Source: a virus
Reading direction: 5' to 3' (one strand)
IMG/VR virus record: IMGVR_UViG_3300045988_111421
Length of the DNA: 64,000 nucleotides
Under the pieces are notes generated by a model, which did no database searches, was not told where the DNA came from, and was given only the letters and a program-made list of their open reading frames with translations. This document shows, one piece after another, positions 1 to 7,894 of the stretch (the first letter of the stretch is position 1; every line of letters starts with the position of its first letter). Position numbers and translations under genes: made by a program.

Positions 1-206
1 GATTTTCCAACAAAATTAAGACTTACAGCGTTTTAAAACAGCATAATGTAGGATTTTCCCACAAAATTAAGACTTACAGCGTTTTAAAACAGCATTTTGT
101 AGTTTCTACCAACAAAATTCAATAGATCAGCGTTTTAAAACAGCATAATGTAGGATTTTCCCACAAAATTAAGACTTACAGCGTTTTTAAAACAGTATTC
201 TGTAGG
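1..206. repeat. Four tandem direct repeats of ~51 bp (1-51, 52-103, 104-153, 154-206). Each carries the 10-bp perfect palindrome GTTTTAAAAC within ACAGCGTTTTAAAACAGCA. The array is probably truncated by the window edge.
   Basis: Direct reading. Units 1, 2 and 4 are near-identical (GATTTTCC[C/A]ACAAAATTAAGACTTACAGCGTTTTAAAACAGCAT..TGTAG). Unit 3 diverges in its 5' half but keeps the palindrome core. Confidence 0.85.
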
Positions 207-278
207 TAAGAGTTAAGGACTGCATTATGTGAGTATTTTTTTTCAATCGGAATGTATAACAATTAAAACATAAACAAC

Positions 279-539
279 ATGAACGTATATGACTTTGCGC
301 CTGACTTAGATTTGAGTAAGGAGGTAGAAGGTTCTATTTTCGGGGTAAAAGGAATAGAAGGCAGTGATGGAATAGTATATGCTAAGGTAGTTAGCTGTGT
401 AGACGTTAAGGATTACAGTTGTGATAGGTGTATTTTTTATGATTGTTATAAGGATAAATGTTTATTATCGCGTAGTGATAGTTGTATAGATGGAGATTGG
501 ATTTGTAGGTACGAACAGGCTGCCATAGAGGGGGAGTAG
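279..539 (+). CDS. Small Cys-rich protein (SCDRCIFYDCYKDKC motif). Paralog of 22580..22777.
   Basis: 86-aa ORF, first gene after the repeat array. Shares a CDRCIFxDxxxC block with ORF 22580..22777. Confidence 0.5.
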   Translation: MNVYDFAPDLDLSKEVEGSIFGVKGIEGSDGIVYAKVVSCVDVKDYSCDRCIFYDCYKDKCLLSRSDSCIDGDWICRYEQAAIEGE

Positions 540-645
540 GCGGCGCCTTGGGCTAAGGCCTGCGGTTGTAGGTGGAACGTAGGTCGGAGCAGAGCCGGAA
601 CAGTTTATTGTGGAACTAAAAAAATAAAAAGGAGGAGATAGCGAT

Positions 646-726
646 ATGAAAAAGGCATTTAAGATATTTTCTATTATGTTTGTCATAGAAATAGTGCTGA
701 TAGCTATTTTAGATGCTATGGCGTAA
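646..726 (+). CDS. Candidate 26-aa hydrophobic peptide (MKKAFKIFSIMFVIEIVLIAILDAMA).
   Basis: Strong SD AAAAGGAGGAG 8 nt upstream of the ATG. Single predicted TM helix. Below the ORF-track size cut-off. Sits between a GC-rich segment and the tRNA-like/hairpin block. Confidence 0.25.
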   Translation: MKKAFKIFSIMFVIEIVLIAILDAMA

Positions 727-851
727 GTGAGAAAAATTTCTTCATTAATTTTCTTATGCTTTAGACAGAATGCTCCCATCTGCGAAGATCGGAGCATTTG
801 CTTTATGGGATTCATGGTGCAGCAAGTCGGTTCGATTCCGGCGATCTCACA
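727..851 (+). ncRNA. tRNA-like/structured RNA candidate. It has a 5' GTGAGAA that can pair with the 3' ATCTCAC. It has an internal conserved-loop hairpin (769-798). It has a canonical T-arm-like GTCGG-TTCGATT-CCGGC followed by an acceptor-like 3' strand.
   Basis: GGTTCGATTCC T-loop consensus with a 5-bp stem seen directly. No D-arm or anticodon arm could be built by hand. The 3' block is shared with 2074-2108. Confidence 0.2.
769..798 (+). terminator. Conserved-loop hairpin H1: 8-bp stem AATGCTCC/GGAGCATT, loop CATCTGCGAAGATC.
   Basis: Inverted repeat read directly. The loop resembles those of H2-H5 (CTGYGARGAT). Confidence 0.4.
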
Positions 852-874
852 CAACATTAAAATAGGGAAGAACA

Positions 875-1278
875 TGTTAAAAGAAGAATTTGAAGAACTG
901 ATTAAAAGGGAGGTAAACGAAAATCAGTATAAAAACATAGAAACGGCATACGAGGCTTTGCCGGAGTATATGGATAAGATGTATTTAGCAAGTGCTATTT
1001 CAAATGATATTGGGAAAGCTATTAATGTCTTATCGTTTTTAGGATCGCATATAAGCGAGTTAATGGGTTCGATAATAATCGAAAGGCAAAAGGTGGAATC
1101 ATGTGCCTATGATTTAATAAACAAATCGCATGAGGAGGATGACTTGAAAGCAAGAGAGATTGCCGTGCGATTAATAGGAGAGAGGGAAACAGTGGCATAC
1201 ACAGTAAAAGAAGGGCTGCCATTGTGGGAACAAGATAAAAAGTTTATAATAGAATTAATAAAGGAGGATAGAAAATGA
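875..1278 (+). CDS. Hypothetical protein (134 aa from the internal ATG at 875).
   Basis: The ORF track gives 727..1278, but its 5' part overlaps the hairpin/tRNA-like block. MLKEEFEEL begins at 875. Confidence 0.5.
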
Positions 1279-1442
1279 AAGACGGTATTGTATTGCATCC
1301 AGAGCATGGGTTGAATCCATCCATAGAACTATGCATAGTATGCGGTGAAGAGATGGGGATTGCTTTATTAGGGAATAACATCAAAGGGCAGGCGCCGCAT
1401 CATATATGCACGGGAGAAATATGTGACAATTGCAAAAGATAA
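1275..1442 (+). CDS. Small Zn-ribbon protein (55 aa; CIVCGEE...HHICTGEICDNC).
   Basis: ATGA overlap with the upstream stop. GGAGGATAGAAA precedes the ATG. Two CxxC pairs. Below the track cut-off. Confidence 0.35.
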   Translation: MKDGIVLHPEHGLNPSIELCIVCGEEMGIALLGNNIKGQAPHHICTGEICDNCKR

Positions 1443-1621
1443 TAGATGACGGAGGTTGTTTTATTATCGAAGTTGAGGATGGATCAGATCAAAAGAATCC
1501 GTATCGTACAGGGAGATATTGCGCGATAAAGAAAGAAGCAGCAAAGAAAATACTTGGACAGGAGCATAGTATTGTGTACATGGAAAAGTCTGCGTACAGT
1601 CAAATAATACCACAAAAATAA
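1430..1621 (+). CDS. Hypothetical protein (63 aa).
   Basis: ORF in the compact + block. Confidence 0.35.
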   Translation: MQKIIDDGGCFIIEVEDGSDQKNPYRTGRYCAIKKEAAKKILGQEHSIVYMEKSAYSQIIPQK

Positions 1622-1629
1622 AGAAAGAT

Positions 1630-1944
1630 ATGTTTACAAAAGAAGAGCGATTATTCATATGGAAAAAGGTATATGAGATGATTGATAGGTTAGAGGATGG
1701 GGAATACATATGTGTTGCGTTAAGAAATGTAGTGTTTATGTATTTCAAAACACATAAAAATATCTATGAGTTTCGTTCAGACGAAATGGTGAGAATATAT
1801 TTCCCGGAATTGGAGGAGAAGATAAGTATGGCCACAGAACCAGAGGAAACAAGAACGTTTTATGGGTGGTTTGGTTGTCTTAGTCCAGAAACGAAGGAGG
1901 TAAGGCTGAATATTGTGAAAGATATTATAAAAGAATTAGAATAG
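1630..1944 (+). CDS. Hypothetical protein (104 aa).
   Basis: ORF followed by hairpin H2. Confidence 0.5.
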   Translation: MFTKEERLFIWKKVYEMIDRLEDGEYICVALRNVVFMYFKTHKNIYEFRSDEMVRIYFPELEEKISMATEPEETRTFYGWFGCLSPETKEVRLNIVKDIIKELE

Positions 1945-1990
1945 TATTTTTGTTAATCTATTTTATTCATCAAATTAAGTTTTGGGTTTT

Positions 1991-2020
1991 GGCATGTCGG
2001 TTCGTGAGGATAGGCATGCC
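1991..2020 (+). terminator. Conserved-loop hairpin H2: stem GGCATG/CATGCC, loop TCGGTTCGTGAGGATAG.
   Basis: Read directly. Lies downstream of 1630..1944. Confidence 0.4.
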
Positions 2021-2099
2021 TATTTCTGCATCATAGAGGGGATGACGCGGCGTGCCGGTGCGTATGTGCCGGTCCTGGTTCGATTCTGGGCATCTCACA
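2004..2099 (+). ncRNA. tRNA-like/structured RNA candidate. GTGAGGA in the H2 loop can pair with the 3' ATCTCAC. T-arm-like CCTGG-TTCGATT-CTGGG at 2074-2090.
   Basis: Shares the block GGTTCGATTCYGG..ATCTCACA(C)AACAAT(A/T)AAA with 826-858. No complete cloverleaf resolved. Confidence 0.2.
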
Positions 2100-2119
2100 A
2101 ACAATAAAACAAAAAAGTT

Positions 2120-2353
2120 ATGAGAATATATAAGAATGATATTATAAAGGCGTCAGCAATAAGCACCGGAGCCGACAGAGGCGTGTTGCCGTGTTCAATA
2201 ACAGATTCAGGCTTTACGTCTATAGCGGGCGTAATATCGGCTGTTAAGGATAGGTTACCAAACGAAGATCACAAGAAGATGGTTTTTGAAATCTTGAATG
2301 ATACGAAAAAAGAGTACGGAAGATATAATAATTGCGGAACAAAAGTATTGTAA
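2120..2353 (+). CDS. Hypothetical protein (77 aa).
   Basis: ORF. Confidence 0.45.
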   Translation: MRIYKNDIIKASAISTGADRGVLPCSITDSGFTSIAGVISAVKDRLPNEDHKKMVFEILNDTKKEYGRYNNCGTKVL

Positions 2354-2409
2354 TAAAGAGTAGAAAACAATATGTTTATGTAATATTAGTTTTTTTATTT
2401 TTATTGAAA

Positions 2410-2439
2410 GGAGCGCCGGCCTGTGAAGGTATGCGCTCT
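2410..2439 (+). terminator. Conserved-loop hairpin H3: stem GAGCGC/GCGCTC, loop CGGCCTGTGAAGGTAT, then TTTG.
   Basis: Read directly. Confidence 0.4.
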
Positions 2440-2472
2440 TTGTATTTGTATAATGCATAAAACAATAATAAT

Positions 2473-2727
2473 ATGACAGAGAATAGTATAGACGTAAATA
2501 TCGTACCTGTAAAGAATGGTATGAAACGTGTTGTGGTATCATATTACCATTATTCATGCAAGGAGAAAGATCGCATGAGTTCCCAAACGGATTACGTTTG
2601 GGAAACAAAGAATGAAGAAATGTTTAAATACTTTGAGGCCAGGAGGACAAAAGTATTTTATAGTCAGATTCGTGCCATGTGTAGATTCTATGGCAAGAAA
2701 AATGTACGTAAATACAAAAAGTTATGA
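2473..2727 (+). CDS. Hypothetical protein (84 aa).
   Basis: ORF with ATGA overlap to the next gene. Confidence 0.5.
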   Translation: MTENSIDVNIVPVKNGMKRVVVSYYHYSCKEKDRMSSQTDYVWETKNEEMFKYFEARRTKVFYSQIRAMCRFYGKKNVRKYKKL

Positions 2728-3533
2728 TATTAAAAACGACAACCAACGAGTTTTGTTTCATTAACGTAAGTTTCTACGAAACAATAGCAGATCCTCGTCA
2801 TTTCTTTGAACAGGATTATGAAGAGATGCCAGAATATGAGGAGGAATCGGATTTTGATTTTGATTCTTATTGCAATAAGTTTATTCCTTTTGTACAGGAA
2901 TGGGCGAATGAGGTAAGTGAACGCCTTTACGGATATGGCGTGAATAGTATAAAGGTAACATCGGTCGGATATCCGAAAGAATATAATTATGGTACTGATT
3001 GGATGAACGTAGAGGTAGAGTTTTGTGATGAATGGAGGCAAAAGATGTTATCTAACATTAGTAAGATTGTCAATGATGATAAATGCAAGAAGTATGCGGA
3101 GACTAATTACCGGTCGGTATCAGGATACATCTTTTTAGGACCTGAAGATTTAAAGGAATTTGAAAAGGAAATAATAGAAAGAAAGTCGGATTCCGGATAT
3201 GATGTAACAATATTATTAAATATGTATCTAACTTTGGCTTTTGTAAAAGAATTTGGATTTAAAGCCAGAGAAGCATGGAGTGAAATAACAGAATATGCTT
3301 ACGGATGTTTATCGTATTCCGATTTTGCAACAACAGAGATGCTTATACCGGAAGGTTCGGAGCATTTATTCAAAGACATTTACACGGCAAAGGCCGACGA
3401 ATTATATCATCATGTCCTGGATAAATTCGGATGGGCGTGGCGTGATCCGAAATATAAGTCAGAAACAGAATTATGCGCGATGCTAAAGTGGGCAAAAGAA
3501 AAAGGCTTGACCATTGAAGAGTTAAGTATTTAA
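2724..3533 (+). CDS. Hypothetical protein (269 aa).
   Basis: Long ORF. Confidence 0.6.
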   Translation: MILKTTTNEFCFINVSFYETIADPRHFFEQDYEEMPEYEEESDFDFDSYCNKFIPFVQEWANEVSERLYGYGVNSIKVTSVGYPKEYNYGTDWMNVEVEFCDEWRQKMLSNISKIVNDDKCKKYAETNYRSVSGYIFLGPEDLKEFEKEIIERKSDSGYDVTILLNMYLTLAFVKEFGFKAREAWSEITEYAYGCLSYSDFATTEMLIPEGSEHLFKDIYTAKADELYHHVLDKFGWAWRDPKYKSETELCAMLKWAKEKGLTIEELSI

Positions 3534-3546
3534 TTGTTAAACATAA

Positions 3547-3578
3547 GGCAGTAGTGGTGCGTGAGTATAGGTGCTGCC
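3547..3578 (+). terminator. Conserved-loop hairpin H4: stem GGCAG(T)/CTGCC, loop with GCGTGAGTATAG.
   Basis: Read directly. Confidence 0.35.
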
Positions 3579-3596
3579 GTTAAAATATTTTATAAG

Positions 3597-3845
3597 ATGA
3601 AAAAAGAAGAGATTCAAACTATTTTATACACAATCAAAGAAGGAGACAGTATTAAAATCAAAGTACAAGACAAAAGTGGAGAGATAAGACTGCGGGATCA
3701 TGTAAGAAGAGTACAGAAATACGGATACAGGTTTTGTTTGTCTCATTTACATGATGGAATTTTCTATCTGGAGAAGTTGAAAGAAGGGGATAAGGATAAA
3801 TACTATAGAGTAATAAACAGAGGAAATGGAAAGACCGGAGTATAA
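3597..3845 (+). CDS. Hypothetical protein (82 aa from the ATG at 3597).
   Basis: Track ORF 3561..3845 begins inside hairpin H4. The internal start MKKEEIQ is more plausible. Confidence 0.45.
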   Translation: MKKEEIQTILYTIKEGDSIKIKVQDKSGEIRLRDHVRRVQKYGYRFCLSHLHDGIFYLEKLKEGDKDKYYRVINRGNGKTGV

Positions 3846-4119
3846 TAAGCTACGCAAAATGGCTAAGACTACTCCAGGTCTGATAGTGGACGAGGTGCAA
3901 AACATGATGCGTGTATCGCTATACGATAATGGGGAACTTAAGAAGGTGGTAGTAGTAATGAAATGCGATTCTTTTTTACAGTCAAAAAGTAACATAGAAA
4001 AGATAATGTTATTATCATCTTCTATAGAAGATAGAAAAAACAAAGAAAAAAATAAAACAAAATCAGAAAATGAACAGAATAACAAAAATAAGAGAAGAAA
4101 TAGGAGGAGAACAGGTTGA
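3826..4119 (+). CDS. Hypothetical protein with a Lys/Asn-rich C-terminal tail (97 aa).
   Basis: ORF. Overlaps both neighbours. Confidence 0.3.
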   Translation: MERPEYNKLRKMAKTTPGLIVDEVQNMMRVSLYDNGELKKVVVVMKCDSFLQSKSNIEKIMLLSSSIEDRKNKEKNKTKSENEQNNKNKRRNRRRTG

Positions 4120-4453
4120 TTTGACCTTTTACGGGCGCTTTTGCAGCCTTATCGAAGGTGATAGGAAGATAATACTAAGGGCAATAAAAAACGGTCGTAA
4201 AAAAGGCGTAATCGGGGCCATTCAGCCTGGGAGACATGACAGAATTTGGACCACATGGTCTATTGCTTTTGATGATCTGAGGGTAGGGGATACGGTAGAG
4301 TTCAGTACATCTGGAAAATACAATCCCGGATTTCATGCTACGGAAAAGTATGTAGGGTGTGTAGAATGGATAAAAGGGTCGGAATGTGCGATAAAAACCG
4401 GTAAGGGAATAGCAGTAGTATTAATTAAACACATAGAAAGGGTGGTAAAATGA
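4070..4453 (+). CDS. Hypothetical protein (127 aa).
   Basis: ORF. Confidence 0.45.
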   Translation: MNRITKIREEIGGEQVDLTFYGRFCSLIEGDRKIILRAIKNGRKKGVIGAIQPGRHDRIWTTWSIAFDDLRVGDTVEFSTSGKYNPGFHATEKYVGCVEWIKGSECAIKTGKGIAVVLIKHIERVVK

Positions 4454-4734
4454 TGGGGTTGAGAGAATTTGTAGAACTTTTTGACAAGAATGAAGTAAAG
4501 AATTTGTTTAATGCATTGTCTTCATGTATAGAATACGTAAGGATAGATTTGCATGTATTTAATATAGGTGCTCATGTTGCGTGTCTGTACAGTAATGATC
4601 CTGAATTGCTTTCACAGGCAGAAGGTTGTAATGTAAATATGATAATAGAGGTACCCTACTTGTTTGAAGCATTTATGGAATACGCTTCACCGGAACTGAA
4701 AGCTTATTATGATGAACTAACAAAAGAAGTATGA
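4450..4734 (+). CDS. Hypothetical protein (94 aa).
   Basis: ATGA overlaps on both sides. Confidence 0.5.
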   Translation: MMGLREFVELFDKNEVKNLFNALSSCIEYVRIDLHVFNIGAHVACLYSNDPELLSQAEGCNVNMIIEVPYLFEAFMEYASPELKAYYDELTKEV

Positions 4735-5204
4735 AAGAGGAAGTAGAACGGATAAAGAAGTTGGTTGGCATAGATCATAATAGATGGGAGCAGCCTTGTT
4801 CATGTGATAAATGTAAGAACATGTGTAAGGTCCCTTGTATTGGTACGCCAAAAGACATAGAGGCTATCATAGATGCCGGATACGCTGACAGGTTAAAAGA
4901 AACAATGTGGATGGTCGGGTATCTTGCAGTGAAAGAAAAACCAATAGCGATGATCCGGCCAACAGAGAAAGACGGGTGGTGCGCATTCCGCCAGCCAGAC
5001 GGTCTCTGCGAGCTGCATGACCGTGGACTAAAGCCGACTGAAGGAGTTCTGGCTTCTTGTAAGGTGGTTGAAGAAGACGATATTCCAACATACGAGACAT
5101 CCGTACTTCGAGCAGTAGCTCATGAGTGGGTTAAGGTGGAGAACTTTGGAAATATAATGAAGGTCGTTTTTAAATTTTTGCATGAAAATGAACGTAGAAA
5201 ATAA
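4731..5204 (+). CDS. Hypothetical Cys-rich protein (157 aa; CSCDKCKNMCKVPC).
   Basis: ORF. Confidence 0.5.
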   Translation: MKEEVERIKKLVGIDHNRWEQPCSCDKCKNMCKVPCIGTPKDIEAIIDAGYADRLKETMWMVGYLAVKEKPIAMIRPTEKDGWCAFRQPDGLCELHDRGLKPTEGVLASCKVVEEDDIPTYETSVLRAVAHEWVKVENFGNIMKVVFKFLHENERRK

Positions 5205-5592
5205 ATTAGATAAAGTGGTTAATATCCTAAAAGAAAAAGGATTTGTAGTATATAGAAAGGGCGGGAAGGAGCCAGGTGTGTTTTACGCTAAAGAAGGTGA
5301 CAGCCGGATAGGATTCGTTTATCCCAACAACGGATATATATACGACAGGATAAAAATGTGGTCTTTTTCAAGGATATATAAACCACATAAGAAAACCGGG
5401 TCTTCGTGTTTAATGAGCGTCAGCGACGAATTTACGATAGAGAATGCGATTAAGAACATAGAGGATAGACTGTGGGTGAATTATATAAAAGATGGTAACA
5501 GAAAACGACCAGAAGAATATAAAAATATAAGAGAATTTGTTGGTAGCTTCACTAAATTCTACAACTCTGTAGAATTAGTTGAGGTTAAGTAG
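5182..5592 (+). CDS. Hypothetical protein (136 aa).
   Basis: ORF. Confidence 0.5.
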   Translation: MKMNVENKLDKVVNILKEKGFVVYRKGGKEPGVFYAKEGDSRIGFVYPNNGYIYDRIKMWSFSRIYKPHKKTGSSCLMSVSDEFTIENAIKNIEDRLWVNYIKDGNRKRPEEYKNIREFVGSFTKFYNSVELVEVK

Positions 5593-5613
5593 TTTTCCAT
5601 GCGAGTTAGTTGC

Positions 5614-5650
5614 CGGCACTGGTCTGTGAAGATAGGTGCCGTTTTTTTTT
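5614..5650 (+). terminator. Rho-independent-type terminator H5: stem CGGCAC/GTGCCG, loop TGGTCTGTGAAGATAG, followed by T9.
   Basis: GC stem plus T-run, read directly. Confidence 0.6.
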
Positions 5651-5671
5651 ATTCAAGAAAGGAGGACAAAG

Positions 5672-5923
5672 ATGGGAAAAAGAGACAAGAAGATACCTTA
5701 TGAGGTAGTCATACAGGAAAGAAAAAGAGTGGATTTATACGGTAACGTAGTGTATTATATCTATTGGTTTGATAAATATGGGTACAATATCACAAACGAA
5801 TGGAAATTCTGGAGCAAGGGTCCGAAAAAGAAATACGATAGAGTCAATCGTTATCTAACAGATAGTTGGTTGAAGGAATACTGTAAGAATAACAATTTAA
5901 AGATAAGTAGAATAAAGGAATGA
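5672..5923 (+). CDS. Hypothetical protein (83 aa from the ATG at 5672).
   Basis: AGGAGGACAAAG SD before MGKRDKK. The track ORF started inside the terminator. Confidence 0.5.
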   Translation: MGKRDKKIPYEVVIQERKRVDLYGNVVYYIYWFDKYGYNITNEWKFWSKGPKKKYDRVNRYLTDSWLKEYCKNNNLKISRIKE

Positions 5924-6435
5924 AAAAGATAAAAGTAGACAAAGTGATATTATATTACATGGATCGGGTAGACCCTGACGGGAACCTATACCGGTTCTAT
6001 GTATATAAAGACATGGCATCTGAAATAGAATACTTTTGCACGGAAGAGACAGGTAATATGACTATACCAATCGGAGAAGGAAAGTATATTGAAATCGTGC
6101 CAAGGGAAATAGTGAAAATACCGGTAAGGGGATATAGGAAGCTTACTGGAATATGGAATCGTGAAACATGTAACGGGAAGGGATGGTATAGGCTTTTTAA
6201 TTATTTCAAATACAAGCCGACCCTATGTTATTTTAAAAAAGCTGGACATGATGAAAATGGGAACACAAGATACGAAATATCATTATTTAATAGCATTATA
6301 AATGTGACAAGATATTTTAATCTGTGGAGAATGAAGCCAGGAAAGTATGTTATGGTAACAAACGAGTGTGGAGCCTTGGATGTTATAAAAGAAAAATTTG
6401 ACAACATAAATATAGTGGAATATGGATCTGAATGA
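5920..6435 (+). CDS. Hypothetical protein (171 aa).
   Basis: ORF. Confidence 0.55.
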   Translation: MKKIKVDKVILYYMDRVDPDGNLYRFYVYKDMASEIEYFCTEETGNMTIPIGEGKYIEIVPREIVKIPVRGYRKLTGIWNRETCNGKGWYRLFNYFKYKPTLCYFKKAGHDENGNTRYEISLFNSIINVTRYFNLWRMKPGKYVMVTNECGALDVIKEKFDNINIVEYGSE

Positions 6436-7066
6436 ATTGTACAAAGAAATAGAAAAAGCAGAGATTGATCTGAATGCAAAAAGATTAAAGTACATCAAAG
6501 AGGCATTAGTGGAGATAGAGAAGTGTGAAGGGCAATGGTGGGATGCGGTGACAGACAGAGCAAGAGAAGAATTGGAAAAAGAGGGAAATCCACTTTCTAA
6601 AATGGTACTGATTGGTGTTTCTTCAGTAGATAGATTATTGGATTGCTATGTGTATTATGGATTATGGGCATCCGAAAGTAAGATTGAAGAAATGATAGCT
6701 GACTACAAAGGTCGTATATATGAGTATTACGAATTTAAGGAAGAGGTCATTAATAAGATAAATGAGACCCTTAGAAAATCATATATTCAATCTTGGAAAG
6801 AACGGATAATACGATCTGGGATGAGACAGAAAGGGAAAGACGTGTTTGAATCACCGGATGGATTGTATATTGAGATGGTATATGAGAACAAAGCGTTTGT
6901 ACCATATAGACCTATAAAAGAAATCCAGGATTTACCTATAGATGCAAAGCACATACCGCTTCTTACAAGGATATTTGGAAAGAACATACTTGCGGAGATA
7001 GGAGGAGGTAAGATATTTATAACTACTGGAAAATATGCTGTGAATTTTTGGTGCTGGGAAAAGTAA
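6422..7066 (+). CDS. Hypothetical protein (214 aa).
   Basis: ORF. Confidence 0.55.
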   Translation: MDLNELYKEIEKAEIDLNAKRLKYIKEALVEIEKCEGQWWDAVTDRAREELEKEGNPLSKMVLIGVSSVDRLLDCYVYYGLWASESKIEEMIADYKGRIYEYYEFKEEVINKINETLRKSYIQSWKERIIRSGMRQKGKDVFESPDGLYIEMVYENKAFVPYRPIKEIQDLPIDAKHIPLLTRIFGKNILAEIGGGKIFITTGKYAVNFWCWEK

Positions 7067-7100
7067 ACATAATGTAAAAAGAAGATTAAAATAATAGCTT

Positions 7101-7415
7101 ATGACATTTCGAGAATTTATGCAGGAGAACGGCTATGACCTGATAACTACCTTTTGGGAAGATTTCAGCATAGCCGACAAGTATGGTATAGCAGGTGTCA
7201 AAGATACCTACAAACGTGCATTCAGTGAATGGAAAGGTAATTATAAGTTTTTCACGGAATTAACGCTCGTATTGAATCATAAAATCTGGCAACATTATAA
7301 AAGCAATCGCAAACTGGCTGCATTGTATGACCAGTTATGGCGAGAAGCCGACGAGTATGCCATGAACAATTTTAAGGGAGAAGAACTTGATTATTATTAC
7401 AGAATAACCGATTAG
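7101..7415 (+). CDS. Hypothetical protein (104 aa).
   Basis: ORF. Confidence 0.5.
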   Translation: MTFREFMQENGYDLITTFWEDFSIADKYGIAGVKDTYKRAFSEWKGNYKFFTELTLVLNHKIWQHYKSNRKLAALYDQLWREADEYAMNNFKGEELDYYYRITD

Positions 7416-7605
7416 CTATGTTATACCCGTTTTCATTGACGCTTGACTTATATATACAAGCCGAATCGTTTGAAGAAGCCAAGAAATTAGCGGAGCATAC
7501 GTTCAAGATGCTTCGTTAGATACGACTGACTATCCGGAAATAGTGCAGGATGTGTTGGAAGTGGCAGAGTATGGAATAATTGATATAGAATAACAAATTA
7601 ATATT

Positions 7606-7890
7606 ATGACAGCAGCAGAAAAATTGCGTATGGAAATAGCGCAAGAAATACCATTTAGTAAGGACGAATTTATTAGTAAAATCTCTCGTCTAATTAAGGC
7701 GTATGGATATGCAAGTTTTATTTGCGACAAGCATATTAGAGAAACCGATGTATCGCCTAACGATAACACGATCCGTATGGCACATGAACAAGTGGCAATT
7801 GATTTTGCTCGTTCTGAGGGTTTCTCGGTATCATATAAACATAACAGTTATGGTGTTAGATATATAGTATTCACTTTGTGTAAAATATAA
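7606..7890 (+). CDS. Hypothetical protein (94 aa).
   Basis: ORF. Confidence 0.5.
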   Translation: MTAAEKLRMEIAQEIPFSKDEFISKISRLIKAYGYASFICDKHIRETDVSPNDNTIRMAHEQVAIDFARSEGFSVSYKHNSYGVRYIVFTLCKI

Positions 7891-7894
7891 AGAC

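Noticed and set aside
1-206. CRISPR array at the window start.
   Set aside because: The whole ~51-bp unit repeats. There are no unique spacers between constant repeats, and no cas genes nearby.
465-875. - strand ORF 465..875 (136 aa) in the early + block.
   Set aside because: Antisense to 279..539 and to the hairpin/tRNA-like block. No RBS. Low-complexity translation.
727-2108. Confident tRNA gene calls.
   Set aside because: Only the T-arm/acceptor-like 3' parts are convincing. I could not build D- and anticodon arms or a complementary 5' acceptor strand at a normal distance. Left as tRNA-like candidates.
7427-7600. Two tiny consecutive + ORFs (33 aa and ~24 aa, one frame apart) in the 7416-7605 gap.
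   Set aside because: Too short, and the frame offset between them may be chance. Noted only as a possible frameshifted small gene.
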